In this document: piece by piece, positions 53,473 through 64,000 of the stretch
Layout of the letters: every line of letters starts with the position of its first letter
Position numbering within the stretch: the stretch's first letter is position 1
The notes under the pieces: generated by a model
Databases searched by the model: none
The model's input: only the letters and a program-made list of their open reading frames with translations
Told to the model about the DNA's origin: nothing
From: Eledone cirrhosa
Taxonomy: Eukaryota
Reading direction: 5' to 3'
Assembly: GCA_964016885.1 (NCBI GenBank)
Contig: OZ024752.1
Coordinates: 6,386,001-6,450,000, forward strand
Length of the DNA stretch: 64,000 nucleotides
Position numbers and translations under genes: made by a program

Positions 53473-53546
53473 GCTGTCTGATGATGATACGACACTCGCA
53501 CACAGAACAGTGTGGCCAGTGTCGTCACTGAAATATATATCACAGC
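53473..53546 (+). ncRNA. Type I hammerhead ribozyme motif, predicted cleavage after AUC (53541)
   Basis: Stem I GCTGT/ACAGC, core CTGATGA (53478-53484) and GAAA (53530-53533), stem II ACGACACT/AGTGTCGT, short palindromic stem III ATATATAT. Confidence 0.72.
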
Positions 53547-53669
53547 ATTATTATTAAAGGACTTGAACATCTGAAACTACTTCACTTTTCCTTATTCGAT
53601 ATTTACTCCGTCACTCCCATGTGGAAAAAGTACGTTGAGTGCTTAAATTGAATTGCATCAATGTTTACC

Positions 53670-53714
<45 letters not shown>

Positions 53715-54352
53715 CTATTAGTGATGGCGTGTGGCTGACTGGTTAGCAAGCACAATTCACAATCGTGAGATTGTGAATTTGATTCCTGGACTGGGCGATG
53801 CGTTATGTCCTTGAGCAAGACGCTTTATTTCACGTTGCTCCTTCTACTGATAGATAGTAGTAGCAATTGGAAAGACCAATGGAAACATTGTTTCTGATGA
53901 AAGTCGATTGACGATATATATTTATTTATTATATATAATAAATAAATATATATAATAAAAGTAACGAAGATGGCTGGTATTAATTCAACGTACTCCAGCC
54001 AGCGTCTAGCTCACTCAATGAGTCTCCCTTATGTTCCGCAAGAACACAAACGACCGCCATGTGAGATAAATATAAACGAAAAGCATTTTTCAAAAGACTA
54101 TAACGAAAATCTTTTTGTAAAAGTTGAAAACAGCTGAAACTGGTAAAAATAAACAAAATACTGTAACAATCATCAAAATAACACAGAAACCTTCGAAATA
54201 ACTAAAAGGTCAGTCATTGCTTTTTTTCAAACTCTCTCTCTCTATATATATATATATTTATATATAGTAATAATAATAAATGTAAAGACTAAAATCCAAA
54301 GAGGACTCGATAAGGATAAATATATATCAAATATATAAGAACCCTAGAGCAA

Positions 54353-54481
54353 ATATTTATTAAAATAACAGCTTAAAGTTTAAGCAAAGAATCGGTGCTT
54401 TCACCCTTAACGGGATCTTCTGAAACTCCCGTTAAGGGTGAAAGCAGCGATGCTTTGCTTAAACTTTAATCTGCTATTTTA

Positions 54482-54489
<8 letters not shown>
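54353..54489. repeat. Fold-back palindrome (~63-bp arms) with degenerate hammerhead-like half
   Basis: ..GCTTTCACCCTTAACGGGA / TCCCGTTAAGGGTGAAAGCA.., adjacent to a TA tract. Confidence 0.7.
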
Positions 54490-54524
<35 letters not shown>

Positions 54525-54547
54525 CATACATACATACATACATACAT

Positions 54548-55850
54548 TCTTCTCCTTTTTCTTCTTGTTTGATGTGACTGGGGTCATCTTAGGTCAGTGA
54601 TCCCAGAGTCATCATCGTGTGTAAAGCCAACCAAGTCCTCCAGTGCCCTCCATCGCAGGTGGTCCAATGCCAGCCCCTCTGTATCTTCCAAGGTGACGTC
54701 AAACCTCTGGAGATCTTCCTTGATGACATCCAGCCATCTGGTATGTGGCCTTGCTGTGGGGCCCAGTCGAATGAGAGTAAGGCCCTGGTAGGATGAGCTG
54801 GCAGCAGATGGAGGACATGTCCATATCAGCACATGCAGTGGATGGCTGGGAGGCTGTGGGCTGATGCCTATACTCATGCAACACTTTGTTGGAAACGTGG
54901 TGGTCCCATCTGATGTTCTCGATGGTCCTCAGGGCTCTGTTATCGAAGCCGTCGATCCTCTTTGCCAGGGTTTTTGTGAAGGGCCATGTTTCTGCTCCAT
55001 AGAGAAGAACAGAGAGGACCAGCGCATTGTAGATATGGAGCTTCATCTTCCAGGAGACAGAGCAGTGGTGCCAAAGGGGTTTCCATAGGGAGTGCATGAC
55101 CGCCACCGGCCAGGCCACATCTGTGGTTGATCTCCAGGGTCAGGTCTCCATTGTTGGTGACTGTTGAGCCCTGGTAAATGAAGGAGCCGATGAACTCCAC
55201 AACGTCAAGGCCAATATGAAGTGGGGGAGGATCTGGTCCATTGCCGACATGCATCAGCTTGGTCTTCGCCCAACTTACCCAAAGGCCAAGCTTTGCTCAT
55301 TCCTCTGGGTATGTGGTCAATGTATCCCTGAGCAGAATGATTGAGTTGCTGAATAGGGTGGTGTCATCCACGTACTCCAGGTAGGTTAGGTGGTAGTTCT
55401 CAAAGGTAACGCCAGAAACACACTCACAGACCTTGGTCATGAAATAGTCGATGACAGCCAAGCAGCCCTGTTTGACTCCACTGTTGATGGGGAACCAGTC
55501 GGAATCCTTTCTGTTCACCCACATGCAACCCTCAGCACTGCTATAGAGTCATTGGAACAGGATGGTGATCTTGAGAGGAGTGCCAATGAGCTTGAGAATT
55601 TTTGAGAGAGATGATTGCTCGACTGAGTCAAAAGCTACCTTGAGATCAATGAAGGCAATGTTGGTGTGGTGATCTCTGCAGAACTTCAGAGATCTTTCAA
55701 TTATGAGAAGGAGGGCAGAAATGTGGTTGGCAATAGATTGATTTGGCATGAATCTCACATATTGTGGGCGATGTCTGCTCCTAATGGCGAGAAGAGCATG
55801 GGCAAGGAGGATGTTGGTGAAGAGCTTGCTTGAGATAGAGAGGAGGGTTT
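54548..55850 (-). mobile_element. Decayed RTE (BovB-like) LINE: RT to 3' end
   Basis: Frameshifted motifs AFIDLKVAFDSV, SGVKQGCLA, LEYVDD, VLSVLLYGAETW, TRWLDVIKEDL, followed by a (GAA)-rich tail. Confidence 0.9.
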
Positions 55851-55852
55851 GG

Positions 55853-56325
55853 CCTTGTTGTGGCGACGGGGCTGGTGTGTTCTGTAAATCCGTGAGAGCA
55901 ATACCTTCTAGAGCTTTGCTCCTGGTAGGGTCCCCTAGATGGGCCAGTCTCCCAGGGAGGTTCCAGACCAACAGTGACCCCATGGCGTGTCAGCTTGTCA
56001 CCAAGATGGCAGCCCCATCAGCTGACTATTCTGTAGAGGGCCAATAACCTGTCCAGAAGAACCATCAACCTGTTACAAAACCAACTGCCCAGCATGGGAT
56101 CAGATCCCTGCATGCCCCCCACCAATAAGAAATTGATTTACACTACAAAATTTGTGTTGCCACATGGAATGTCCTGTTGCGCCTTTGCCCTGGAGCAGCC
56201 ACACTGTGCTGTCCTGAAGGTTATCCCACTACAACATCACATCGGCGGGACTCTGTAAGACACGCTAATCTGGCAGCAGTGAATTTATCACAAGAGACCA
56301 CTGCCTCATTTGAAGTGGCCTCAGT
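55853..56325 (+). mobile_element. Inverted RTE 5' UTR and endonuclease N-terminus
   Basis: CCTTGTTGTGGCGACGGGG..GGTAGGGTC..GAGGTTCCAGAC 5'UTR-like sequence, then ICVATWNVL and AGLCKTR*SGSSE (APE N-terminal motifs). Confidence 0.65.
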
Positions 56326-57372
56326 GAATGAAGATCAGCACCTTACTTAAAATCTGTCCAGCTGTTTCACAAGTGAATGAAGATCAGCACCTTACTTAAA
56401 ATCTATTAAGGGCCAACACCCCAAATGACACTGCTTGCACAGGTGGTAATGTTTGTTTATATACTGCAACATTTTCTGCAATTCAACAGGAAAAGATCAG
56501 CTCCTAACTTAATTAGGAAGAGTTGACACTGCATTTAATTCCACTTGTGCAGATGGTGTCATTTGTTTATGTCCTGCAGATCAGCACGTTTTTAAATCAA
56601 GAAAGGCATCCAGTTGTAAAACCCTACCTAAATGAAAGTCTTGCCCAAGCCAAGCTAGCAGGAAAAGTAGAAATAAAAACAGTGATGATGATCATGATCA
56701 TGATGATGATAAACAAAAACTATGATGGAGGAAATCCAAAGAGATTATTGAAAATATATTTTTTTATATTCCTGAAACAGCAGTTACATTGGCGAAGAGT
56801 AATAAAATAAAGTCACTATACATTTATTGTTTGGTGTTAAAATGTTCATTGAACCTGTTTGTGAGCCAGTCACTGTGTCGCAGAGGACGTGTGTCAGATG
56901 CTAGGGGTCTGTGTCAGTTACTAGGGACTGTGTCAGTTACCAGGGAACTGTGAGAAAAACTTTGACATCAAAAAATAAATGAGAATTAACTCTTCTACAA
57001 TGTAATTGCTTTAGTTTCAAAACATGGACTCAGATGGCGCCACAAGGCAGACAAGTAAGATTACAAAAGAAAATAATAATGTTTTGCTTGAATATTATGT
57101 CGTCGGATAACAGAAAATAGAAAGCCTTGGTAAACTATGTTAAAGAGAATGTGATGGAAATAAAATAAGATGAAGGTTGATAAAACAAGACAGGGTGAGT
57201 GTAACAGGATAACTCCATAATGAAAGTATCAGCAACTTTACAGTGAAAATATATGGAGAAAGTCAAGAGTATAAAAATATTGGAATTAATAAGAGCTTAA
57301 AATTTAGGCAATAGCTATATATATATATATATTTATATATATATTATATGTATATATATATGTATATTTATA

Positions 57373-57413
<41 letters not shown>

Positions 57414-57959
57414 CTATGTGAATATATATATATCTGTATATATATATATATATATGTATAAATGTGTGTGTGTGTGTGTGTGTATGTATGTAGTGCAGCA
57501 AAGATAAGACAGTCTCTGTGGTGCAGTAAATAGAATAAAGGAGGAGAAGGAAGAGAAGAGAGAGAGAGAGTAAGCGAGAGAAAGAGAAGGTAAGAAAATA
57601 TCTACAATACCAATATAAAGGAGAATTAATTGAAGAAAATGTGAGACGTGCTTTTGGAGGTGAAGAAAAAATCTCTTTATATAAAAAAAAAAAAAAAAAG
57701 AAATAAGATTCTCTAATTTAAAAAAATAGTATTAAAAATACATAAATTATTTATATTGAATATACTGAAGTAAAAAACATTCAATAATGATAATAATAAT
57801 AATAATAAATGATTGATAATAATAATGAATGTTGATAATGAGAGAAAAGCTTATAAAATATTTTTCTATTTTTTCTATTTTGGAAAATATTTTTTTTTTC
57901 ATCATTTTACATCCACTTTCCATACTAACATAAAGTGGATGGATCACCATGGATTGAGA

Positions 57960-58768
57960 CTGGACAGGTTTGTTAGAGAGGTGAAGTTCTCTAGGATGTC
58001 CAGTATTACTCTAGACAGGTTCGTTAGAGAGGTGAAGTTCTCTAGGATGTCCAGTATTACTCTAGACAGGTTTGTTAGAGAGGTGAAGTTCTCTAGGATG
58101 TCCAGTATTACACTAGACAGGTTTGTTAGAGAGGTGAAGTTCTCTAGGATGTCCAGTATTACTCTAGACAGGTTTGTTAGAGAGGTGAAGTTCTCTAGGA
58201 TGTCCAGTATTACTCTAGACAGGTTTGTTAGAGAGGTGAAGTTCTCTAGGATGTCCAGTATTACTCTCGACAGGTTTGTTAGAGAGGTGAAGTTCTCTAG
58301 GATGTCCAGTATTACACTAGACAGGTTTGTTAGAGAGGTGAAGTTCTCTAGGATGTCCAGTATTACTCTCGACAGGTTTGTTAGAGAAGTGAAGTTCTCT
58401 AGGATGTCCAGTATTACTCTAGACAGGTTTGTTAGAGAGGTGAAGTTCTCTAGGATGTCCAGTATTACACTAGACAGGTTTGTTAGAGAGGTGAAGTTCT
58501 CTAGGATGTCCAGTATTACACTAGACAGGTTTGTTAGAGAGGTGAAGTTCTCTAGGATGTCCAGTATTACTCTCGACAGGTTTGTTAGAGAAGTGAAGTT
58601 CTCTAGGATGTCCAGTATTACACTAGACAGGTTTGTTAGAGAGGTGAAGTTCTCTACGATGTCCAGTATTACTCTAGACAGGTTTGTTAGAGAGGTGAAG
58701 TTCTCTACGATGTCCAGTATTACTCTAGACAGGTTTGTTAGAGAGGTGAAGTTCTCTAGGATGTCCAG
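57960..58768. repeat. 51-bp minisatellite x16
   Basis: Unit CTAGACAGGTTTGTTAGAGAGGTGAAGTTCTCTAGGATGTCCAGTATTACT. Confidence 0.97.
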
Positions 58769-58884
58769 CCCCAATCACAATAATCCTAACATGGGAAATG
58801 AATATAAAAGGATGCAAAAAAAAAATGATGATTAAAATAAAATATAAAAGATTTAAGACAACAACAACAACAATAATGATAATT

Positions 58885-59045
58885 GTTTCTACTTTTGGCA
58901 CAAGGCCAGCAATTACCCCAGTGCATTACTGGTACTTTATTTTATCGACCCCGTAAGGATGAAAGGCAAAGTTAACCTCGGCGGGATTTGAACTCCGAAC
59001 GTAAAATTACGTAACTCCTCAAAGCATGCTGTCAATCCATCGCTT
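58885..59045 (-). mobile_element. Meta-core SINE
   Basis: Same core as other copies. Confidence 0.75.
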
Positions 59046-59570
59046 TATAATGATTTCTGGTTTAGGCATAAGATGAACAATTTGAAGTCAGTTATATCAA
59101 CCCCCAATATGTGACTGGTACTCCAATATGTGATTGGTACTTTATTTTAACACCCTTAGAAGAATGAAAGACAAAATTGATCTTGGTGATAAAAAAAAAA
59201 AAAAAGACGATTGAAAGAAAATATAATTTTTGAAAGGAAAATATTAAAAGACTTATGAAATAACAATAATGATAAAAATAAGGACTTTACGAGTAACAAC
59301 GAAAGAAAATAAAGTAAATATGCAATAAGTACATCTAGACAAAATGATACAACTAGGGAAGACAAATATAAAGGAACACAGCGCAGTATCACGAAACATA
59401 TTGAGGAATAAAACAGACCATCTCAGAAGACAAAGGGATGAAAGGGAAAGAAGGATTCCAAAGTGAATTATTTCAATGATTTGAGAAGAATATAAATATA
59501 AATAAAATATATAACCATTTGGAATAAGTTTTATTTCTAATTAGTTTTGAGAATCACTTTTGTGTCTTAA

Positions 59571-59978
59571 CCCTTTACCATTTACATTACTCTATATATA
59601 CTATTGTATTTTCACAGTAAAGACTTTACCTCACATAACATTTACATTACTCTATATATACTATTATATTTTCACAGTAAAGTCTTAACCTCACATAATA
59701 CCTCACATAACATTTACATTGCTCTATATATCACAGTAAAGGCTTTACCTCACATATCTCACATAACATTTACATTGCTCTATATATACTATTGTATTTT
59801 TGTGGTAAAAGCTTTATCGTACATAATATCTCACAAAATATTGAATCTACGAGATTTTGATGCTATTTATTTGGAGAATAATACCATAACATCAGTATGA
59901 GCAGCCAGTTACAGCCAGTTTGAACAGAAAGAGGTGAGAGAATTCTGGCTGGATGTGGCTGGTTTAAATGCTAAAGGG
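59571..59978. mobile_element. piggyBac-like MITE, copy 2
   Basis: Same TIRs, TTAA flanks and 3' body as 42947-43569, with about 4 internal units. Confidence 0.82.
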
Positions 59979-61213
59979 TTAATCTTATGCTAAAAAACTT
60001 CGTTTTAAATGGTTATGTTTATCTAAAATCTTCTGTCATAACTATGTAAGAACTTTTCTTAAGTTATATTCCAAATATCGGATACATTTTGAGAAAGTTA
60101 TATTACTAAATCTTTTTAAATTGATTTTCAAGTTTAAATTACTTACAAAATAGAAATACAGAACTGAAAGGAATAAGTGATGTATTTTAATGGAGAAGGA
60201 ATTTGAAAATGTATTTATCATTAGGAAAGAGGTACCAGAAAGTTTGAAAAATTTGCTGAATATCGAAATATTTTTATTATATTTAAAATTATTATCATTA
60301 TTGATTTTCAGCTTACCAAAATTTTAATTTTAAATTAAATCTTTTGATACTAAAACCACCTGATACAGGCTCTAGTTCCACAATACAAGACCAATTTAAA
60401 GTGTTTATATTTATTTTAAAAATCATAATTTTATATAAGAACCTTTGTTAAGTTTTGTTCCAAATACTAATTCAATAATGAGAAAGTTAGTAATTTTACT
60501 AAGCTCTTCAAAGTTCTTTACTAACAATCTCTAACAATGTTTTTTTATTAGAAATATGGTAACCGACTGTCGATTGACTTTCGTCAAATTGGACCAAAGA
60601 AATAATGTTTCCATTAGTCTTTCCAATTGCTAATACTATCTATCGGTTGCAAATCCAGATAGAAGGAGCAACGTGAAATAAAGTGTCTGGCTCAAGGACA
60701 TAACACATCACCCTGTCTGGGAACTGAATTCACAACCTCACGACTGCGAATCCTACTCTAACTACTCAGCCACGCGCCTTCACGAAATATGGTAATGAAA
60801 TGCTTAAATTACAAACATCATCATTTAATGTCCATTTTCAACGCTAGCATGGGTAGGACATAATATAGAATGAAACTCTGATTTGACATTCGTTAAAGAC
60901 AAGCTCTTTAGAAATATATATATTTAATTTTCTATATTCTATATTTTTACATTCCCTTAATCTCGGTATAACCTCTATATAATAATGTTATCATTAACTG
61001 AGATAATTATTTTCATCACACCTTAATTCACTGTCTCCTATAAGATATTAGATATTTACTTTTCTTAGTCAACCTAAGTTAAAACATACTTCATGCTCTC
61101 CCTTTACAGAGGACAACCAATTTGAAAATACTTCTTCCAGCAATTTCTAAAAGAAAATACAATGCTAAGACAATAATTTAAATTTAATTACTATTATTGT
61201 AATTTCATATTAA

Positions 61214-61413
61214 CCCTTTAACATTTACATGACTCTATATTTACTATTGTATTTTCAAGGTAAAGGTTTTATCTCACATAATATCGAATCTATGAGATTT
61301 CATATTATTTATTTTGAGAATAATATCTATCTAAACATCGGTAGAGTGTCCAGTTACAGCTGGTTTAAACAGAAAGAGGTGAGAGAATCCTGGCCAGTTT
61401 AAAAGCTTAAGGG
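61214..61413. mobile_element. piggyBac-like MITE, copy 3 (single internal unit)
   Basis: TTAA-CCCTTTAACATTTAC...AAAAGCTTAAGGG-TTAA with shared body ACAGAAAGAGGTGAGAGAAT. Confidence 0.75.
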
Positions 61414-61808
61414 TTAAGGGTTTTAACCTTATTTTAGAAGCATCTCTGTGCATGAGTACACCACTCTTTATATTAATTGCTGAACCATTTTGGGATTCTC
61501 ATCAGAATATATGTACATCATCTAAACAACCACAAAAAATATCTATCACTTGTATTGCTGAGATGGTGATACTTATTTGCATATTATTAATGCTTATGTT
61601 GGTAGTTAATTTTGATATTAAACTATGTACTAAGCAGTGAAAGTATACTTTAAATCATTGTAATAAGTTCTTAAAATCGAGGGACTTTATAGTAATATTT
61701 TAGTCAAAACTATCTTTTACTCTATTATTATTGATCTTTATTATTAGCGCTCTTGTTGGTACTTAATTTTGATATATATTAAATTGTGTACTTAGCAGAT
61801 AAAGCATA

Positions 61809-62593
61809 CAGGATGTTTCAAAGAATTTGATATCCTTTGAGATGTAAATATCCCAGAAACTACGAAGTCTAGGACGAGACTGAACAGGATTAATATTGAG
61901 CAACATCTAAACTATAATAAAGTAAGGAGTGCGGGACTGCGTACGGTTTATAATTTTTTTATCCCATTAGTAAAATAAGTTGGATTACTTTGAATAAATA
62001 ATTGTTTCTACTTTAGGCACAAGGCCAGCAATTACCAGTGCATTACTGGTACTTTATTTTATCGATCCCGTAAGGATGAAAGGCAAAGTAAACCTCGACA
62101 GTATTTGAACTCAGACCGTAAAGGGACGTAACTATGCTGGAAAGTATGGTGTCCGACTCTCTACCGATACTGCCAATCCACCACCCTATTATTTTGAATA
62201 AATAATGAATGAATATTACATAATTTATCTACTAAATTTCGTAGCTGTTGATTAAATATATTTTATTGTTTATTTAAAGATTCACTTCTTTAAAATTTTC
62301 AATACGTTACTGATTACATAAGACAGTGTAACGCAGTCTTCGTTCAATTTCTGTGTATATTGTCAATTACGATTTTATTTGATGTATCATATCTACATGT
62401 ATATATACTTGCGTATAATATCAATATACACACTACACATGCTAGCAGAAAACACCCCGAAGGGTAGTTTTTCTGCTAATAAGATTAATTCCTTAAAATT
62501 TGTCAACATTGTAACACAATTTGACACAATATATATTTTAATGTGATAACCTTTGGAACAGGCCATTAATATCAAATATTTTGAAACATCCTG
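61809..62593. mobile_element. Mariner-type non-autonomous element with nested SINE (~62002-62187, -)
   Basis: TIRs CAGGATGTTTCAAA..ATTTGATAT / ATATCAAAT..TTTGAAACATCCTG, TA on both sides. Confidence 0.82.
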
Positions 62594-62872
62594 TACTTTC
62601 AATAATTGTGATAAGTTTTTTAAAATTGATAGACTTTATATTCATATTTATTGAAAATACTTCTATCTTTTGCTCTATCACTATTGATCTATCAGTGATT
62701 CTTAAAATGGTTGACATTAAAAACAGGAACAAGGAAAAGTAAAGGAGAGAAAGCAGTTGATGTTTTTTTTTCCATGCGCAAATTACGCAACTTAAGAACT
62801 AATCTGCATGCCATTGAAGCTGAGTCAATTATATATATTTTTTTCTTCTTGGACTAAAATCCAGGCGCCTAC

Positions 62873-62915
62873 CTTATACTGGATATCCCTCTCTCTTGTT
62901 GGTGAGAAAAGCATG
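62873..62915 (-). CDS. Candidate 43-bp upstream exon of MAGI-like gene (MLFSPTRERDIQYK)
   Basis: Acceptor cttctattttag, donor AAG|gtaggc. Frame is open and ends in phase 0, as exon 52449-52610 requires. No domain evidence. Confidence 0.5.
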
Positions 62916-63669
62916 CTAAAATAGAAGTCCAAAGAATCGTTGCTATCTTGTCATGTTTAATTAACAATATTGGAAAAAGTGAATAATTTCACAGGAAAAA
63001 CGCCATCAATATTATAATAAATTTATGGAAATCAAATGGCAATGATTATTATAATAATAGTGAAGTTGATGATTATAACATTGATGAGGGTAAAGATGAT
63101 GATTATGATAATGATAGTGAAGATGGTGACAAAAAAAAATGTTAATGTTAATGATAATACCCATAACATAATTGATATTATCAAGACAAGACAATTTTAT
63201 ATTTACTTATTATATAGCCACCAATATCTAACAAAAAGAAACTTCTAGAAAATATAGGAGTCAGTTTGTGATATCAACAAATAAATTATATATACATAAC
63301 ATATAACTGAATTATTTCTTATTTCAGTTATAATTTCAGAGCAAGTTATAGTTTAAGTTTCTGAGTGTTTTTGTATATATAAGTACCACTAAAAATACAA
63401 AGATTAAAATCATCATTTAATGTGTAAGTCCGTCAACCAATTATAAAAGTACAATGAAATATTGAAGAGATATAGGAATATAATAACATTAACTTCTTTA
63501 TATCTGTCTCTCCTTTCTCACATAAACATACACAACATTATATAAGTGATAGGGAGAAGGGCATCTACCTGTAGAAACTATGACACCAACCCCAATATAT
63601 ACACTTAGTCTCTCCCTCTTCTCTGTATGTAGTTATATATATTTATATGTAATGCATCTGTAAAATGAT

Positions 63670-63862
63670 AGTGCTGGTGCCTCAATAAAATGCACCCAAT
63701 AGACACCGTAAAGTAGTTGGCATTAGGTTGGATATCCAGCTGAAGAAACCATGCTAACATGAAATATATGAGCAAGATGTGGTCATCAGACCTGTGTGGT
63801 CTCAGAATATGGCAGCTTGTCCAGTTCATGTGAGCATGGAAAGTGGGCATAAAACAGCAATG

Positions 63863-63866
<4 letters not shown>
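63670..63866 (+). mobile_element. Decayed RTE 3' UTR/tail fragment
   Basis: GTAAAGTAGTTGGCATTAGG..ATCCAGCTG.AGAAACC..AGCATGGAAAGTGGGCAT resembles 1530-1679. Confidence 0.6.
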
Positions 63867-63914
<48 letters not shown>

Positions 63915-64000
63915 TTATTCCGGGTTGAATCGGAGGTAATCACAGTAAGTAAGGTACTCAATACATAGCAGAGTATAAAAGTTTTAATATAGATGAGATT

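Larger units (their letters stand above)
53167..53597. mobile_element. Fold-back element (211-bp arms, 9-nt loop), probable inverted Penelope pLTR pair, tail to ~53672
   Basis: Near-perfect inverted repeat flanked by (TA)n on both sides. Each arm carries a hammerhead motif. Confidence 0.8.

Noticed and set aside
53194-53570. Two near-identical 91-aa ORFs on opposite strands
   Set aside because: A consequence of the palindrome, with no protein-like features.
57025-57045. CTCF-like CAGATGGCGC motif
   Set aside because: A single short match, not distinguishable from chance without ChIP or conservation data.
57813-58835. 340-aa and 276-aa repeat ORFs (17-aa unit, superficially LRR-like on -)
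   Set aside because: A 51-bp DNA minisatellite in an intron. The unit is a multiple of 3 and happens to lack stops in these frames. No splice context or unique domain is evident.

Overview
AT-rich, repeat-dense eukaryotic DNA. The SINE/RTE/Penelope repertoire and huge (TA)n arrays suggest a cephalopod (octopus-like) genome, which is an inference. Two spliced host genes converge. The 3' end of an uncharacterised + strand gene has four phase-consistent exons (2621-5657). The 3' end of a - strand MAGI-family PDZ scaffold gene has exons at 62873-62915 (tentative), 52449-52610, 43674-43812 and 41233-41396. The rest is mobile DNA and tandem repeats: RTE LINEs (one with an open RT frame carrying an inserted PHD-type finger, one with a 5' inversion); three copies of a ~0.6 kb non-autonomous RTE derivative; two independently truncated Penelope-like elements with inverted pLTRs and hammerhead-ribozyme motifs; several short fold-back palindromes beside (TA)n tracts (one with a hammerhead in each arm); hAT, piggyBac and mariner-type MITEs; many SINEs; about 16 kb of strand-polarised (TA)n/TG microsatellite; and several minisatellites. 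There is a 200-N gap at 15922-16121. Nearly all long ORFs in the track are repeat artefacts. The most interesting signal is the ribozyme-motif-bearing, microsatellite-associated retroelements and their fold-back derivatives.
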